From: a virus
Taxonomy: Duplodnaviria > Caudoviricetes
Length of the DNA stretch: 63,909 nucleotides
IMG/VR virus record: IMGVR_UViG_3300017700_000715
Coordinates: 1 to 63,909 of that record
Reading direction: 5' to 3' (one strand)
This document shows positions 37,031 to 46,850 of this stretch, piece after piece. Within the stretch, counting starts at the first letter, position 1. Each line of letters begins with the position of its first letter. Below the pieces are notes generated by a model. The model was not told where the DNA came from, ran no database searches, and saw nothing but the letters and a program-made list of their open reading frames with translations. The position numbers and the translations under genes are program-made.

Positions 37031-37627
37031 TCACTCCTCGTCGTCGGACTCTTCGTCCTCGGACTCATCAACCTCAGACTCATCACCCTCTTCATCGGAC
37101 ACGCCGACAGCATGGATGACGCCGAGAACTTCCAGAGCACGCCGATAGTAGGCGAAAAGCTGGTCATCCTCGATCTTGGACTTCACGAAGCCAAGGTTCT
37201 TGGCATAACCGGCGATATCAGAACCGATCATGGCATCACGCGGCGAGAAGATCTTCGCTGAGGCGAGATACTCAAGGAGACCACGCACCTGCTTCGGGGC
37301 GGCATTAAACGCCTCCTTGTATCCATCAGTCCAGGTCGCCGGATTTCCGACAGCCTTATTCAGGTAGTAGAACTTGTGCTTGAAGGGCTGGTTGCCAGAC
37401 AGGTTGACACCATGACGGAGAACCTTGCCTTCAGGATCACGCCGACGAAGCGACGGATAGCGACGGACAACATTTTTGATGGAGTCCTTGGTGATGGACG
37501 GCGACTCAGCCTGCAGCTGCATCTCGTGAACCGAGACGGCATTCTCGAGCTGGTCCTTGGTCATCTCGTGACGACCAGTGATGTTGTAGAGTTTCGCCTT
37601 AGCGAGCAATTCGGTCTTGGTTGCCAT
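37031..37627 (-). CDS. Rho-N (helix-extension-helix) domain plus winged-helix-like paralogue 2
   Basis: TKTELLAKAK.YNITGR..MTKDQL N-terminus; PKQVR.LLE.L...KSK.....LFAYY...L..LGVI; acidic tail. Confidence 0.65.
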   Translation of the reverse strand: MATKTELLAKAKLYNITGRHEMTKDQLENAVSVHEMQLQAESPSITKDSIKNVVRRYPSLRRRDPEGKVLRHGVNLSGNQPFKHKFYYLNKAVGNPATWTDGYKEAFNAAPKQVRGLLEYLASAKIFSPRDAMIGSDIAGYAKNLGFVKSKIEDDQLFAYYRRALEVLGVIHAVGVSDEEGDESEVDESEDEESDDEE

Positions 37628-37676
37628 GATCTTCTCTCCGCTCTTGCGTCGCTCGTTATGTTCGACGCGATGATTA

Positions 37677-37705
37677 TTTATATGCCGCGCTACCGCCCAT
37701 GTACA
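37677..37705 (-). promoter_or_regulatory. Promoter
   Basis: TGTACA-N17-TATAAA. Confidence 0.7.
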
Positions 37706-37800
37706 TAGCTATTTTCAAAATTTGCGAAAATAATTTGCGTCCATTTGGGAGGGTATATAGAGAGCGTTTTCCACAAAGAACGCCAAGCCTGCAAATTGCA

Positions 37801-37828
37801 TTGTACTTTACCCGTTAATGGGTATAAT
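37801..37828 (+). promoter_or_regulatory. Promoter of the primase operon
   Basis: TTGTAC...TTACCCGTTAATGGG-TATAAT; GGAG RBS downstream. Confidence 0.6.
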
Positions 37829-37875
37829 GTCAAAATTCAGGCCGAAATTGCCTGTCCATCAGAGCGGAGATTGAG

Positions 37876-38571
37876 ATGCAAACCTATGAGGAGCGACCCT
37901 CAGGTCAATGGGTCGTGGTGCTTTTCCCACAGAACAAAATCAAGGATTATTCGGACGTTCGCCTGTTTCCGACCATGGATGCTGCGACGAACCGATATGC
38001 CAAGGCTACCCGGACTCAGCACATCTACTCCAGCCCCGGAGAGATGGTGCATCGCCACGGTGGTCCGGTGCTTCACAAGTTTCTCGTGGATCTGGTCGAG
38101 CAATATGACCGACCTGCTGAGCGCTACAAGACTTGTGAAATTGGTGATGGCGAATTGATCGCGAACACCGAGATCCACTCCAGCAAACGAACTGAAGTGG
38201 CCGATGAGCTTTGGCGTGTGTGCCAACTCATTGGAGACAAGACTCTTGGTATCGTCTCAAGCGGTGATGACGACGACAAATTTAAGATCCGCATCGATCG
38301 TATGACGACGCCTGAAGGTCGTGAGATCTGGAGCAAGTTCCCCAAGCAGGCACGTCAGATCATCGAAGCGTTGATCACAAATGCCAAGTCCATTATGACT
38401 GAGTCTGAACTCCAGAAGCTTGTTGCCAAGCTTGTGGCTGATCGAGTGATGAAGACCAAGCAGGATCCATGGAGGATCTTTGCTTATTATGCCCCAATGT
38501 TTGGTGATCATGCCTTGCTGTATTACCCGGGGAAGCGCCACAAACTAGAAGACCATGAAGACAATATCTGA
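37876..38571 (+). CDS. Hypothetical protein with C-terminal winged-helix-like paralogue 3
   Basis: PKQARQIIEAL...KTKQDPWRIFAYY. Confidence 0.65.
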   Translation: MQTYEERPSGQWVVVLFPQNKIKDYSDVRLFPTMDAATNRYAKATRTQHIYSSPGEMVHRHGGPVLHKFLVDLVEQYDRPAERYKTCEIGDGELIANTEIHSSKRTEVADELWRVCQLIGDKTLGIVSSGDDDDKFKIRIDRMTTPEGREIWSKFPKQARQIIEALITNAKSIMTESELQKLVAKLVADRVMKTKQDPWRIFAYYAPMFGDHALLYYPGKRHKLEDHEDNI

Positions 38572-38593
38572 GCCACGGCTCTGAGGGTCTATA

Positions 38594-40840
38594 ATGTCAA
38601 ATAAGCAGATAACCTGCGAAGAGATTGCGGTCAGTCTCGGGGGCGGTAAGGAAAAGCGAAATGGCGATGGATCATGGAATACCCGGTGTCCGGCCCATCA
38701 TGATGACGGCCCATCACTTTCAGTAAGTGAGAAAAACGGCAAGATCCTTGTGCGTTGCCATGCTGGCTGCACACAAGACGCCGTCATCAGTGCGTTACGT
38801 GAACGAGGCCTGTGGGTTGCCAAAACCAAGACGTGGACATCCAAGCCATTTGCGCCAAAGGGTTCAACGCCGCCAACGGCTATGGACCATCCCAAGTATG
38901 GCAAGGCCTCCAATAGCTGGGTTTATCGAAACCGCCAAGGCCTGATCGCCGGTATCATTTGCCGGTTCAACTACCAAGATGGTGACAAGCTCCGTAAGGA
39001 GATCTTGCCCATGACGTGGTGCATGTCCGACGAGGGCGAGCATCGTTGGTGGTGGAAACAGATGGCGGAACCTCGATGCCTCTACAATGAGCATCGACTG
39101 GATGAGCATAAACCCATCCTCATTGTCGAGGGCGAGAAGGCCTGTGATGCAGCCCAGAAAATCGTGGGCGATCAATATCTCTGCATGACATGGCCAGGTG
39201 GTAGTAAAGCCGTCAAACGGGCTAACTGGAAGCAGTTGGTCAATCGTGACATTATCATCTGGCCTGATGCTGATGAGCCCGGAGATATGGCGGCAAGATG
39301 GCTTGCTGAGATCCTGATCGAGGAAAATGCCCGATCAATTCGTCGTGTGATGCTACCTGAGGGATTGCCTGAAGGTTGGGACATTGCTGACGAGATGCCT
39401 GCGGGCCTTACATTTGACCCCTTAACACTTATTCGTACTGCGCCATCATACAAGCCTCAAGGCGACTCGGTCGTTGAGAAGTTCAATCGTGAGTTTGCGC
39501 TCGTCATGATTGGTGGCCAAGCCGTGGTCCTCCAGGAGGAACGCAAATACAGTGATGGTAAGGTGGATCTCAAATATCTGTCCGTCACAGCCTTCAAGGA
39601 GTTTTACGGAAATCGGCAGGTCATACAAGGCAAGCAACAGATACCGGAAAGCTCATATTGGATTAAGCACGAAGAACGGAGATCATATACCTCCGTCGTG
39701 TTCGAGCCAAACAGTAATAATAAGCAGGCGTATAATCTATGGCGGGGTTTCTCTTGTGAGGCTGATCCCACTGGAGATTGGTCACTTCTTGAGAACCACA
39801 TCGAAGAGAATTTGGCCCGAGGAGATCAATCTTTAGCTCACTGGATCATGGGATGGTTTGCGCACATTGTGCAACACCCAGATGAGAAGGTTGGTACATC
39901 TCTCGCGTTCCGAGGAAAGCAGGGCACAGGCAAGACGATCATTGGCAAAGCCATGGGTGCACTATATCGCCCACATTATGTCTTGGTTGAAGACTCTCGA
40001 TATGTGCTGGGCAACTTCAACAGCCACATGGCGTCAACTCTATTGCTTCATGCTGACGAAGCATTCTTCGCTGGTGATCCAAGACACGTCGGGCGACTAA
40101 GAGGTATGGTCACGTCCGACAGTCACCGGATCGAGATGAAGGGCAAGGACTCCTTCGAAGTCAACAACTATATGAGGCTCTTGGTCACCTCGAACAATGA
40201 CTTCATTATGCCTGCTGCCTTCGAGGAAAGACGGTTCGCGGTTCTGGATACAGGTGAAGGCCGAATTCAGGACAAGAACTATTTCAAGGCGATGTGGAAG
40301 CAGCTAGAGAATGGTGGCTTCGGTGGATTGCTTCATCATCTACAATCATTTGATCTTTCAAATGTAGACATTGGCGTCATTCCAGTCACAGCTGCTCTTC
40401 AAGAGCAAAAGCTATTCAGCCTTGACGGCGTCATGCGTTTCTGGTTTGAACGGCTATGGCAAGGTCAGGCCTTGCCTCATCTTGAGAAAGACCTATGGCC
40501 TGACTTCATAGCCGTTGAAGATATCTACGACGCTTATCTGAAGCGGTCAGAAGCCTGGGGTGAACGTCGTCGCGTGGACATTCCGACCTTTGGGAAGGAG
40601 CTCAAGAAGATCTGGCCCGGTACCGTGCTCAACAAGAAGCGTGTCAGGATCAAGCGTATGGATCGCTATGGACAGCTCAATGAGCAAGAAGTAATGGCCT
40701 ACAAGCTTGACCACCTGTCAATCCATCGCAAATGCTTTGCAGAGATTTGTGGCGCTGTTGATTGGCCAGCAGAGGGTGAAGAGGCTCCTGATCTTCCTAA
40801 GTTCAAGGAGACTGAGAAGCAGGATGATGTTCCATTTTAG
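38594..40840 (+). CDS. Primase-helicase (zinc finger, TOPRIM, SF3-like P-loop helicase)
   Basis: CPAH.D..PSLS...CHAGC; IVEGEKA...WPGG...WPDAD; GKQGTGKT, ADEA, TSN. Confidence 0.88.
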   Translation: MSNKQITCEEIAVSLGGGKEKRNGDGSWNTRCPAHHDDGPSLSVSEKNGKILVRCHAGCTQDAVISALRERGLWVAKTKTWTSKPFAPKGSTPPTAMDHPKYGKASNSWVYRNRQGLIAGIICRFNYQDGDKLRKEILPMTWCMSDEGEHRWWWKQMAEPRCLYNEHRLDEHKPILIVEGEKACDAAQKIVGDQYLCMTWPGGSKAVKRANWKQLVNRDIIIWPDADEPGDMAARWLAEILIEENARSIRRVMLPEGLPEGWDIADEMPAGLTFDPLTLIRTAPSYKPQGDSVVEKFNREFALVMIGGQAVVLQEERKYSDGKVDLKYLSVTAFKEFYGNRQVIQGKQQIPESSYWIKHEERRSYTSVVFEPNSNNKQAYNLWRGFSCEADPTGDWSLLENHIEENLARGDQSLAHWIMGWFAHIVQHPDEKVGTSLAFRGKQGTGKTIIGKAMGALYRPHYVLVEDSRYVLGNFNSHMASTLLLHADEAFFAGDPRHVGRLRGMVTSDSHRIEMKGKDSFEVNNYMRLLVTSNNDFIMPAAFEERRFAVLDTGEGRIQDKNYFKAMWKQLENGGFGGLLHHLQSFDLSNVDIGVIPVTAALQEQKLFSLDGVMRFWFERLWQGQALPHLEKDLWPDFIAVEDIYDAYLKRSEAWGERRRVDIPTFGKELKKIWPGTVLNKKRVRIKRMDRYGQLNEQEVMAYKLDHLSIHRKCFAEICGAVDWPAEGEEAPDLPKFKETEKQDDVPF

Positions 40841-41045
40841 CCAACAATAGCTATTGGCCAGGGGCCACAATAGAAGAACTCGCCATCAAAGATGTAGCCC
40901 AAGCCTAATTCCTCCAGATATCCGACATCATGTGACCATTGTCTGGATACCTGGAGATGACAGGATTTGCCCCAGATTGCAGCAGGATACTAAGAAGGAC
41001 GAGAGCCTGGGCCCTCGTCCTATTCTGTGGAAGCGGCATTTTCAT
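40837..41045 (-). pseudogene. Small gene apparently split by a 1-nt frameshift at a G4 run
   Basis: GGAG RBS and ATG 41045; frame 1 stops after 46 aa while the -1 frame continues to a stop overlapping the primase stop. Confidence 0.35.
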
Positions 41046-41102
41046 GGTCAAAGTCTCCAGTTGAACTAGAGACAATTGTACCTATTAACGGTTAATCTTC
41101 CG

Positions 41103-42011
41103 TTAGACAGCTACAGGTGCTTTAATTGCAGCGTGACTCTCATAGCCAATAAGCTGAATATCATCTAACCCAAAATCCCAAACATTCTTAACGCTGTTTT
41201 CACCTGTATAGATAAACAGCTTAGGAAAATCTAGTGGCGCACGTTTGAGTTGTTCTTCAGCAGCATCCATATGATTATTGTAGAGATGTAGATCACCAAA
41301 GGTGTGAATAAAATCTCCAACCTTGAGACCACATACACCGGCCATTAGGTGTGTAAGCAATGCATAGCTGGCAATATTGAATGGCACTCCAAGTAAAATG
41401 TCAGCTGACCGCTGATACAAATGACATGAGAGCTTCCCATTTGCCACAAAGAACTGAAACAGGCAATGGCATGGGTGCAGCGCCATGTCGTCGTTCCATG
41501 CTGGGTTCCAAGCCGTTACAACATTACGTCGTGAATTTGGATCCTTTTGTATCAGCTCTTGAGCAATAGCCATCTGATCAATATGACCACCACATCCTTC
41601 TCGTTCTGGAAAACGACGCCATTGCGCTCCATATACAGGTCCAAGATCACCATAGCTTGGTTCAATATCTCGATCAATTAGGCCTTGCTCAAATTCCCTA
41701 ATCGACAGCTTTTGACCTGTTGACCTATTAAATTCAGCTAGTGGCCAGTCGGACCAGATTGATACGCCCTGCTTGATCAGTGGAATGATGTTGGTCTCGC
41801 CACGAAGCATCCAAAGCAATTCGGCGACCACGCCCTTCCAAAACACTTTCTTGGTGGTCAGGAGCGGAAACCCCTGTTGAAGGTCGAAACGCATCTGGGC
41901 TCCGAAGATGCCTCGCGTTCCGGTGCCGGTGCGATCACCTCTCTCAGCAACGTCTGTTCCATAACGAAGCCGACGGAGCAAGTCAAGATACTGATGTTCT
42001 GGGTGTCTCAT
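41103..42011 (-). CDS. thyA: Canonical thymidylate synthase
   Basis: [52 protein letters not shown]. Confidence 0.95.
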   Translation of the reverse strand: MRHPEHQYLDLLRRLRYGTDVAERGDRTGTGTRGIFGAQMRFDLQQGFPLLTTKKVFWKGVVAELLWMLRGETNIIPLIKQGVSIWSDWPLAEFNRSTGQKLSIREFEQGLIDRDIEPSYGDLGPVYGAQWRRFPEREGCGGHIDQMAIAQELIQKDPNSRRNVVTAWNPAWNDDMALHPCHCLFQFFVANGKLSCHLYQRSADILLGVPFNIASYALLTHLMAGVCGLKVGDFIHTFGDLHLYNNHMDAAEEQLKRAPLDFPKLFIYTGENSVKNVWDFGLDDIQLIGYESHAAIKAPVAV

Positions 42012-42700
42012 CGCTGAATGCCTCCCTGCTTCTTTGCAAGATAATGCTTCACAGTTGCATAAAAATCTTCGTCCTTGCCATCAATGTTGACGAGCCACTG
42101 AAGATAAGCAGTTGGCAGTGAGTCAAAGCGCTGGCCTGCATGCTTGCCAAAACTGATCTTCTCTTGAATGACTGGAGTCTGAGTCAACTCGATCAATCGC
42201 TCGACACTACCTGCCATATTCTGAAGATATATGAAGAGATTAGCGGAGACAATGGCGTCATAAAGTGCCCGGTGTGGTGCAAGATCTGCCGGTACATCAC
42301 ACTTGAGCTTCAGGAAATAGCGCAAGACCTGGTTCTTGTGGGATGGTGCCTCCTTGACTAGGTGGCGCGCTGCTCGGAGTGTGCAAAGCCAAGCCTTGTC
42401 AAACTTGGGGACGAACCGCTTGTCGAATGGTGCATTATGGGCACCGACATAATCTGCGTCAGCTACCCACCCATGAGCGTCCTTCATGTATTGCTCATGA
42501 GGCATAGCGTCAACGACATCAATGTCGGTCAGATGATGGACAGCCGAAACCTCAGGCGGAATTGGCATGCCTGGGTTGATTAGCGTCTGAAACATGTCGA
42601 CAATGCGACCATCCTCGATGACGACGTGGGCATACTCAACTGCCTTGTCTGTATGTCCTAGTCCAGTGGTTTCGGTGTCGAGGATAAAGACTTTGGTCAC
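42008..42700 (-). CDS. DEDDh 3'-5' exonuclease (exonuclease X-like)
   Basis: LDTETTG, HNAPFD, HRALYD, FGKH.G...LP..YL.W. Confidence 0.88.
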   Translation of the reverse strand: MTKVFILDTETTGLGHTDKAVEYAHVVIEDGRIVDMFQTLINPGMPIPPEVSAVHHLTDIDVVDAMPHEQYMKDAHGWVADADYVGAHNAPFDKRFVPKFDKAWLCTLRAARHLVKEAPSHKNQVLRYFLKLKCDVPADLAPHRALYDAIVSANLFIYLQNMAGSVERLIELTQTPVIQEKISFGKHAGQRFDSLPTAYLQWLVNIDGKDEDFYATVKHYLAKKQGGIQR

Positions 42701-43110
42701 CTGTGTCTCCTGCTTCCATGATGAAATCTTATATATGGACCATTATCGATATGCAGATGCTGCATTCGACCTGAATATGTTCCAAGTCCTCCTTGGTGGT
42801 TAAGCCTCAACCAAGCAAGGACCTGACCATAGCTACCACGAGCAGGATGAAAATCAATAGCCTTGCATGAAGCATGATAAGAGGCATGTCGTGTGCCAGC
42901 AATCCGAGCATTTCGTCTATAGGTGGAGATTACTGTGACCTTGCCAAACCTATTTTCGATAGCTTTGAGGGTATTCTTTAATTCTACCGGTAAACAGGAT
43001 ATACTGACACTTGATTTACTTACCGGATAATTCATCTTGGACCCTGAGTCCAGTGTCTGACATCCTCCAAGAATAATAGATGTCAGACCTACAATCAAAC
43101 CATATCGCAT
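42697..43110 (-). CDS. Peptidase M15 family lipoprotein
   Basis: LGGC lipobox; S.YR, SYH....AIDF, GGLGTY.....HID.G; start at ATG 43110. Confidence 0.78.
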   Translation of the reverse strand: MRYGLIVGLTSIILGGCQTLDSGSKMNYPVSKSSVSISCLPVELKNTLKAIENRFGKVTVISTYRRNARIAGTRHASYHASCKAIDFHPARGSYGQVLAWLRLNHQGGLGTYSGRMQHLHIDNGPYIRFHHGSRRHR

Positions 43111-43184
43111 GATTTTACTCTTTTTATGATTGTTGTTAACAGTATAATGCTTGGATGCCAAAGTACACAAGATGATGTGCCTGA

Positions 43185-43499
43185 CTAGTCCACACCCCAT
43201 TGCTTGTAAAGAGCTTGAAGGTTCTCACCAGTCTTCTTGGCTTGTTCTCGAGCCGTAGCTCTCATGTACCAGCGCTTCTTCTTGAATTTGATGGACTCAG
43301 CGTTCACATGGTAATAGCGCTTCTTTCGCTGAGCCTGGGCCTTACGATGATTGATCACTACGCCTGGGGCTATAGTACTTTCATAGGTCGTGAAACGCTT
43401 CTTACAGACAAGACACTCACGTCGACGTCTGAATACATTATCGGGTGCCTGACGTGAGTCAAGCACCCGGGTCTCTTCATTGCATGATGTGCACTTCAC
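43185..43499 (-). CDS. NrdR-like zinc-ribbon protein without an ATP-cone
   Basis: MKC..C....RVLDSR......RRRREC..C..RFTTYE. Confidence 0.8.
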   Translation of the reverse strand: MKCTSCNEETRVLDSRQAPDNVFRRRRECLVCKKRFTTYESTIAPGVVINHRKAQAQRKKRYYHVNAESIKFKKKRWYMRATAREQAKKTGENLQALYKQWGVD

Positions 43500-44248
43500 A
43501 CCACTGGATCCTTGTCTTCAGGTTCAGGTGGGAAGGCAAAGGCTTCTCGAACGGCTTTGCGCCAATATCCTTCAGCTTCATTCCAGTGTTTTCCGCCAAT
43601 ATCAAAGTCTCTGGTATCATCAGGAACTCCACTGAATGGTTCCTTGCCATGGGCTGTGATAACTTCAAGATAAGCTTCTGGGTTGACCCTTGATAGAGTT
43701 TCCATTACAACTTGATGATAACGGACATAGGTCTGCCGTGTATACTCCGAATGAAATCGTCGCCGAGTTTCATGTTCCCAGGAAGCCATTGACGAACTAA
43801 GGTTCCACTGGTGTTCATCGTGAATTGCTTCTTTTACTCCACGAAGAAACTTCAGGCGATCCTTGATAGTCATGGCATCACTAGAATAACGGCTGGTCAG
43901 ACACTCTATAAAGCGCTCTCGCACCTCTTCATTAGACCACAGCGACTCGGCAAGAGCGGCAGGGTCAGCCCGCTCAAGGATCTCATCAAGCATGTCGACA
44001 ATCGGGATCACCAGTGCATTGTCACGCACTTCGATGTTCGGGAAGTGATCTCGAGGATTGAAGCTGTTGGGTCCAGATGAATATGACCCGTAATTGGCAC
44101 GGGTGTCCTCGATGGTGACAGGCACGTCCTTGGGCACACGGATCTGCTTGTTACCATAGGTGCCATGGATAACGTAAACAGCTTCACCAGTGTTTCCATC
44201 GATGAAGTTGGGCTCTGATGGCTTCTTGGCAGTAAGTTGAACGGTCAT
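43496..44248 (-). CDS. Hypothetical protein
   Basis: 250-aa ORF coupled to neighbours. Confidence 0.65.
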   Translation of the reverse strand: MTVQLTAKKPSEPNFIDGNTGEAVYVIHGTYGNKQIRVPKDVPVTIEDTRANYGSYSSGPNSFNPRDHFPNIEVRDNALVIPIVDMLDEILERADPAALAESLWSNEEVRERFIECLTSRYSSDAMTIKDRLKFLRGVKEAIHDEHQWNLSSSMASWEHETRRRFHSEYTRQTYVRYHQVVMETLSRVNPEAYLEVITAHGKEPFSGVPDDTRDFDIGGKHWNEAEGYWRKAVREAFAFPPEPEDKDPVV

Positions 44249-44472
44249 GTCTCATTCCACTTCTTGATGACAGTGCACCACTCGCTGAGTTCAGAGACAC
44301 ACCCAAGAACGCTCAATTCACCTTCTTCAAAGGTAATGACGAACTTGTTGGTGTCACGATTGCCCCATTCTTTAGAGTCAAACTCCAAAGTATCTCCCAG
44401 ATGAATTGGGCTTTTATTTCTGTCAACAAGGCCTGTGTCAAGGCCTAATTCATCCATACGACCTGTGGTCAT
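44245..44472 (-). CDS. YopX-like C-terminal fragment protein
   Basis: TGL.D.N...I..GD motif; ATGA coupling. Confidence 0.5.
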   Translation of the reverse strand: MTTGRMDELGLDTGLVDRNKSPIHLGDTLEFDSKEWGNRDTNKFVITFEEGELSVLGCVSELSEWCTVIKKWNET

Positions 44473-44741
44473 ACGCGTTCTCCCGTAAAGACGGTTTCAT
44501 ACGTTGCAGGGCGATTTATCGATGTAACACGAAATATCAATTGCTCGCCACCAAACCAATGAGCAATTACTTCACCCAACTCCAAGGTATCACTTGAAGG
44601 CCAAGCTGTGAGTGGTTCCTCTAGAATGAAGGTCCATGGATCTCCAGCTTGTATCGTCTTGAGAGGATGTTCTCGTGAAACTTCAAGAATGTCAGGCATG
44701 GCTATCCTCTTAGTAAGAGAAGAAACAGAAACAGCAAACAT
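44469..44741 (-). CDS. Hypothetical protein (start may be 44699)
   Basis: GAGGA RBS before MPDIL. Confidence 0.5.
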   Translation of the reverse strand: MFAVSVSSLTKRIAMPDILEVSREHPLKTIQAGDPWTFILEEPLTAWPSSDTLELGEVIAHWFGGEQLIFRVTSINRPATYETVFTGERV

Positions 44742-44852
44742 GTAAAGAGAATAGTCATGTCTGTCTCGAGCTGATCGTTGTTGAAATCCTTAGCTCGAGA
44801 TATCCAGACGATTGTCATCATCATGGAAAACAGACAGAGGACTATTTTCATG

Positions 44853-45122
44853 TCAACTTGGTTCCTCTGGATGTCTTTCAGGATGCATGAGAATAGGATA
44901 ACCGAAATCTACATCTTCGTCTGGTACAACCACAACGATAAAGAAATCACCAGTGCCGCTTAGACCTGGCATACAGCCTCCATTGGCTGCATGTATCTTC
45001 GGTCGCGCATCGGCTCCACCATTATAATATGGCTCGTGGACTGAACGGGGCAGGACGCCTCGTGCAGATGTATACCACTTGCCTCGTGGCTTGAAACAAT
45101 GAAAGGTGGCGTTGTGGGTCAT
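44853..45122 (-). CDS. Hypothetical protein
   Basis: FKP.GKWY...PGL motif; GAGGAG RBS. Confidence 0.55.
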   Translation of the reverse strand: MTHNATFHCFKPRGKWYTSARGVLPRSVHEPYYNGGADARPKIHAANGGCMPGLSGTGDFFIVVVVPDEDVDFGYPILMHPERHPEEPS

Positions 45123-45123
45123 G

Positions 45124-45549
45124 TCACTCCTCAAGCTTCTTCAAGAGTTCAGCAGCCTCGGCATTGCTTTCGGCAAGCCTTGAGAAACGCTCACGAACAG
45201 ACTGTTCCTTGAGCATTAATTCGAGCTGGGCTCGGATCTGATCCTTTTCCTTCTTCTTCAATAGAAGATCCTGGTTGGTCTTCTGCTGAACCTTGATCTG
45301 TTCCTTGGAAAGGAGACGAAGATAGAACTTTGTGGCACGAGCTGAGGCAGTCTCGTGCACTTCCGTCACCCTGGCAACCTTGATACGGTCGTCAAAGGCG
45401 GTCTGGGAATAGTATCCCATTCCGGTGGTGTCCCAGCTGATGGACGTGACCACAAGATCACCCAGCTCCGGTGCATCATTCTCAGGCACTAGATAGTGAT
45501 ATTCCGAGCTTTTGCCCGTAACCTTGAAGATAACAGCGACTGACTTCAT
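45124..45549 (-). CDS. Hypothetical protein (beta N-terminus, coiled-coil C-terminus)
   Basis: AAGGAG RBS before ATG 45549. Confidence 0.6.
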   Translation of the reverse strand: MKSVAVIFKVTGKSSEYHYLVPENDAPELGDLVVTSISWDTTGMGYYSQTAFDDRIKVARVTEVHETASARATKFYLRLLSKEQIKVQQKTNQDLLLKKKEKDQIRAQLELMLKEQSVRERFSRLAESNAEAAELLKKLEE

Positions 45550-45753
45550 GGTAGTTCTCCTTAGCAGCGGGACTTCAAGCCCCAGGTTGAGATGAGTGAG
45601 ATAGGCCATAGAGCAATATGCATCTCGGTAGTCGGAGGCACATGACAGGCATTCTCGACGATACGCTTCGTCGGTTGAAACGACAAAGTGCCCATCAAGA
45701 TATAGCTCGCCATAAGGCTGGCGGCGACAGCAGCTCGGAATGATGACACAACG

Positions 45754-46005
45754 CTACTCCGGTTTACGATTGATGATAATGGCACACTTGTCGCCATCTA
45801 TGGAGGTGTACTCAACACAGATGGTTTCCGGTGTCATAATGAGATTGGTCTGCGGCCATTTCATCGGCGCGGTCGGGAAAACCTTTGCCGCAGCCTTTAG
45901 CCATGCCTCAAGCTTCATTATCTTGCGGGGAGTCGCCATTCCACTCGTCTTCATGATGCCAAGACGAGGATGGCTGTATGTGACCATGGGCATGATCACA
46001 CCTCT
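45754..46005 (-). CDS. Hypothetical protein
   Basis: ORF in co-oriented early cluster; start uncertain. Confidence 0.4.
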   Translation of the reverse strand, partial: RGVIMPMVTYSHPRLGIMKTSGMATPRKIMKLEAWLKAAAKVFPTAPMKWPQTNLIMTPETICVEYTSIDGDKCAIIINRKPE

Positions 46006-46178
46006 TTCCCAGCAAGCCATTCGGCTGCTTTAGCTTCATCGGTAGGGTTAAACTCAAGACCGATGGTCTTCCAGAACTTTCCAGAAACAAAGGCGTTAAG
46101 ATTTCCATAGATATTCCGGCGGATCGAACGCTTGCCCTTGGGGGTCTGCTCGATCTGGGCGTTGATGAAGAATTTCAT
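45996..46178 (-). CDS. Hypothetical early protein (60 aa)
   Basis: Conserved leader and GGAG RBS directly after promoter. Confidence 0.6.
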   Translation of the reverse strand: MKFFINAQIEQTPKGKRSIRRNIYGNLNAFVSGKFWKTIGLEFNPTDEAKAAEWLAGKEV

Positions 46179-46204
46179 GGTCAGTCTCCGCTCTTGATAT
46201 AAGC

Positions 46205-46233
46205 ATCCTATGCCGAGATCGCCGGAGTGTACA
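46205..46233 (-). promoter_or_regulatory. Early promoter
   Basis: TGTACA-N17-TAGGAT. Confidence 0.8.
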
Positions 46234-46246
46234 CCACAAAATGCAC

Positions 46247-46486
46247 CTACGTGGAAATTCGTTCGCCATCGTAGAGAAACAGGAACTTGTCCAAGGCGTC
46301 GGCCGTCTTGAATGCCCAATAGACGTGGTCGTCGATGGGCACACGGAGAAGGTGGCCACAAACCTCTTCCACAGGTTCTGGCTTAATGAGCGGCTCTTTT
46401 GGCGTCTTGGCCATGAAGCCATAGCCATTCTTCTTTCGGTCCCAGAAAGCTTGGTTCTTAGACCATTTTGAGAGTTTCATAGGCAC
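46247..46486 (-). CDS. Hypothetical protein
   Basis: ORF in early cluster. Confidence 0.45.
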   Translation of the reverse strand: MPMKLSKWSKNQAFWDRKKNGYGFMAKTPKEPLIKPEPVEEVCGHLLRVPIDDHVYWAFKTADALDKFLFLYDGERIST

Positions 46487-46610
46487 ACCAGTTCAGTTGA
46501 GCCGTTGGCATGGATCTTATAGCCCCAGGGCAATCCATGACAAGGCGGGTTTGAGGGTTCTGGGATCTTGATGACAAGAGAGATCATCACCAAAATTACC
46601 AAGCTGAGGA

Positions 46611-46850
46611 TTACCTTTGCCATGGGAACTTGCCTTTGCCATCCCATACCTTGTAATTTATGTAATGGTCATCGTCCGTCTGAACATGAGTGCAAGTCGT
46701 CTGAATGTGCTGCACAACCATGAACTGAAGACCAGGCCATATATTTGACATTGAAGTGGCAACGTCAAGAGCTTCTTGATACGTATACTTGTCGGCAAAT
46801 TCGTAGATCATGCGGCCTTTGCATAGGACCATGTAGCTTTTGGGCATCAA
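46611..46850 (-). CDS. Hypothetical protein
   Basis: GGAG RBS; coupled to upstream gene. Confidence 0.5.
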   Translation of the reverse strand: MMPKSYMVLCKGRMIYEFADKYTYQEALDVATSMSNIWPGLQFMVVQHIQTTCTHVQTDDDHYINYKVWDGKGKFPWQR

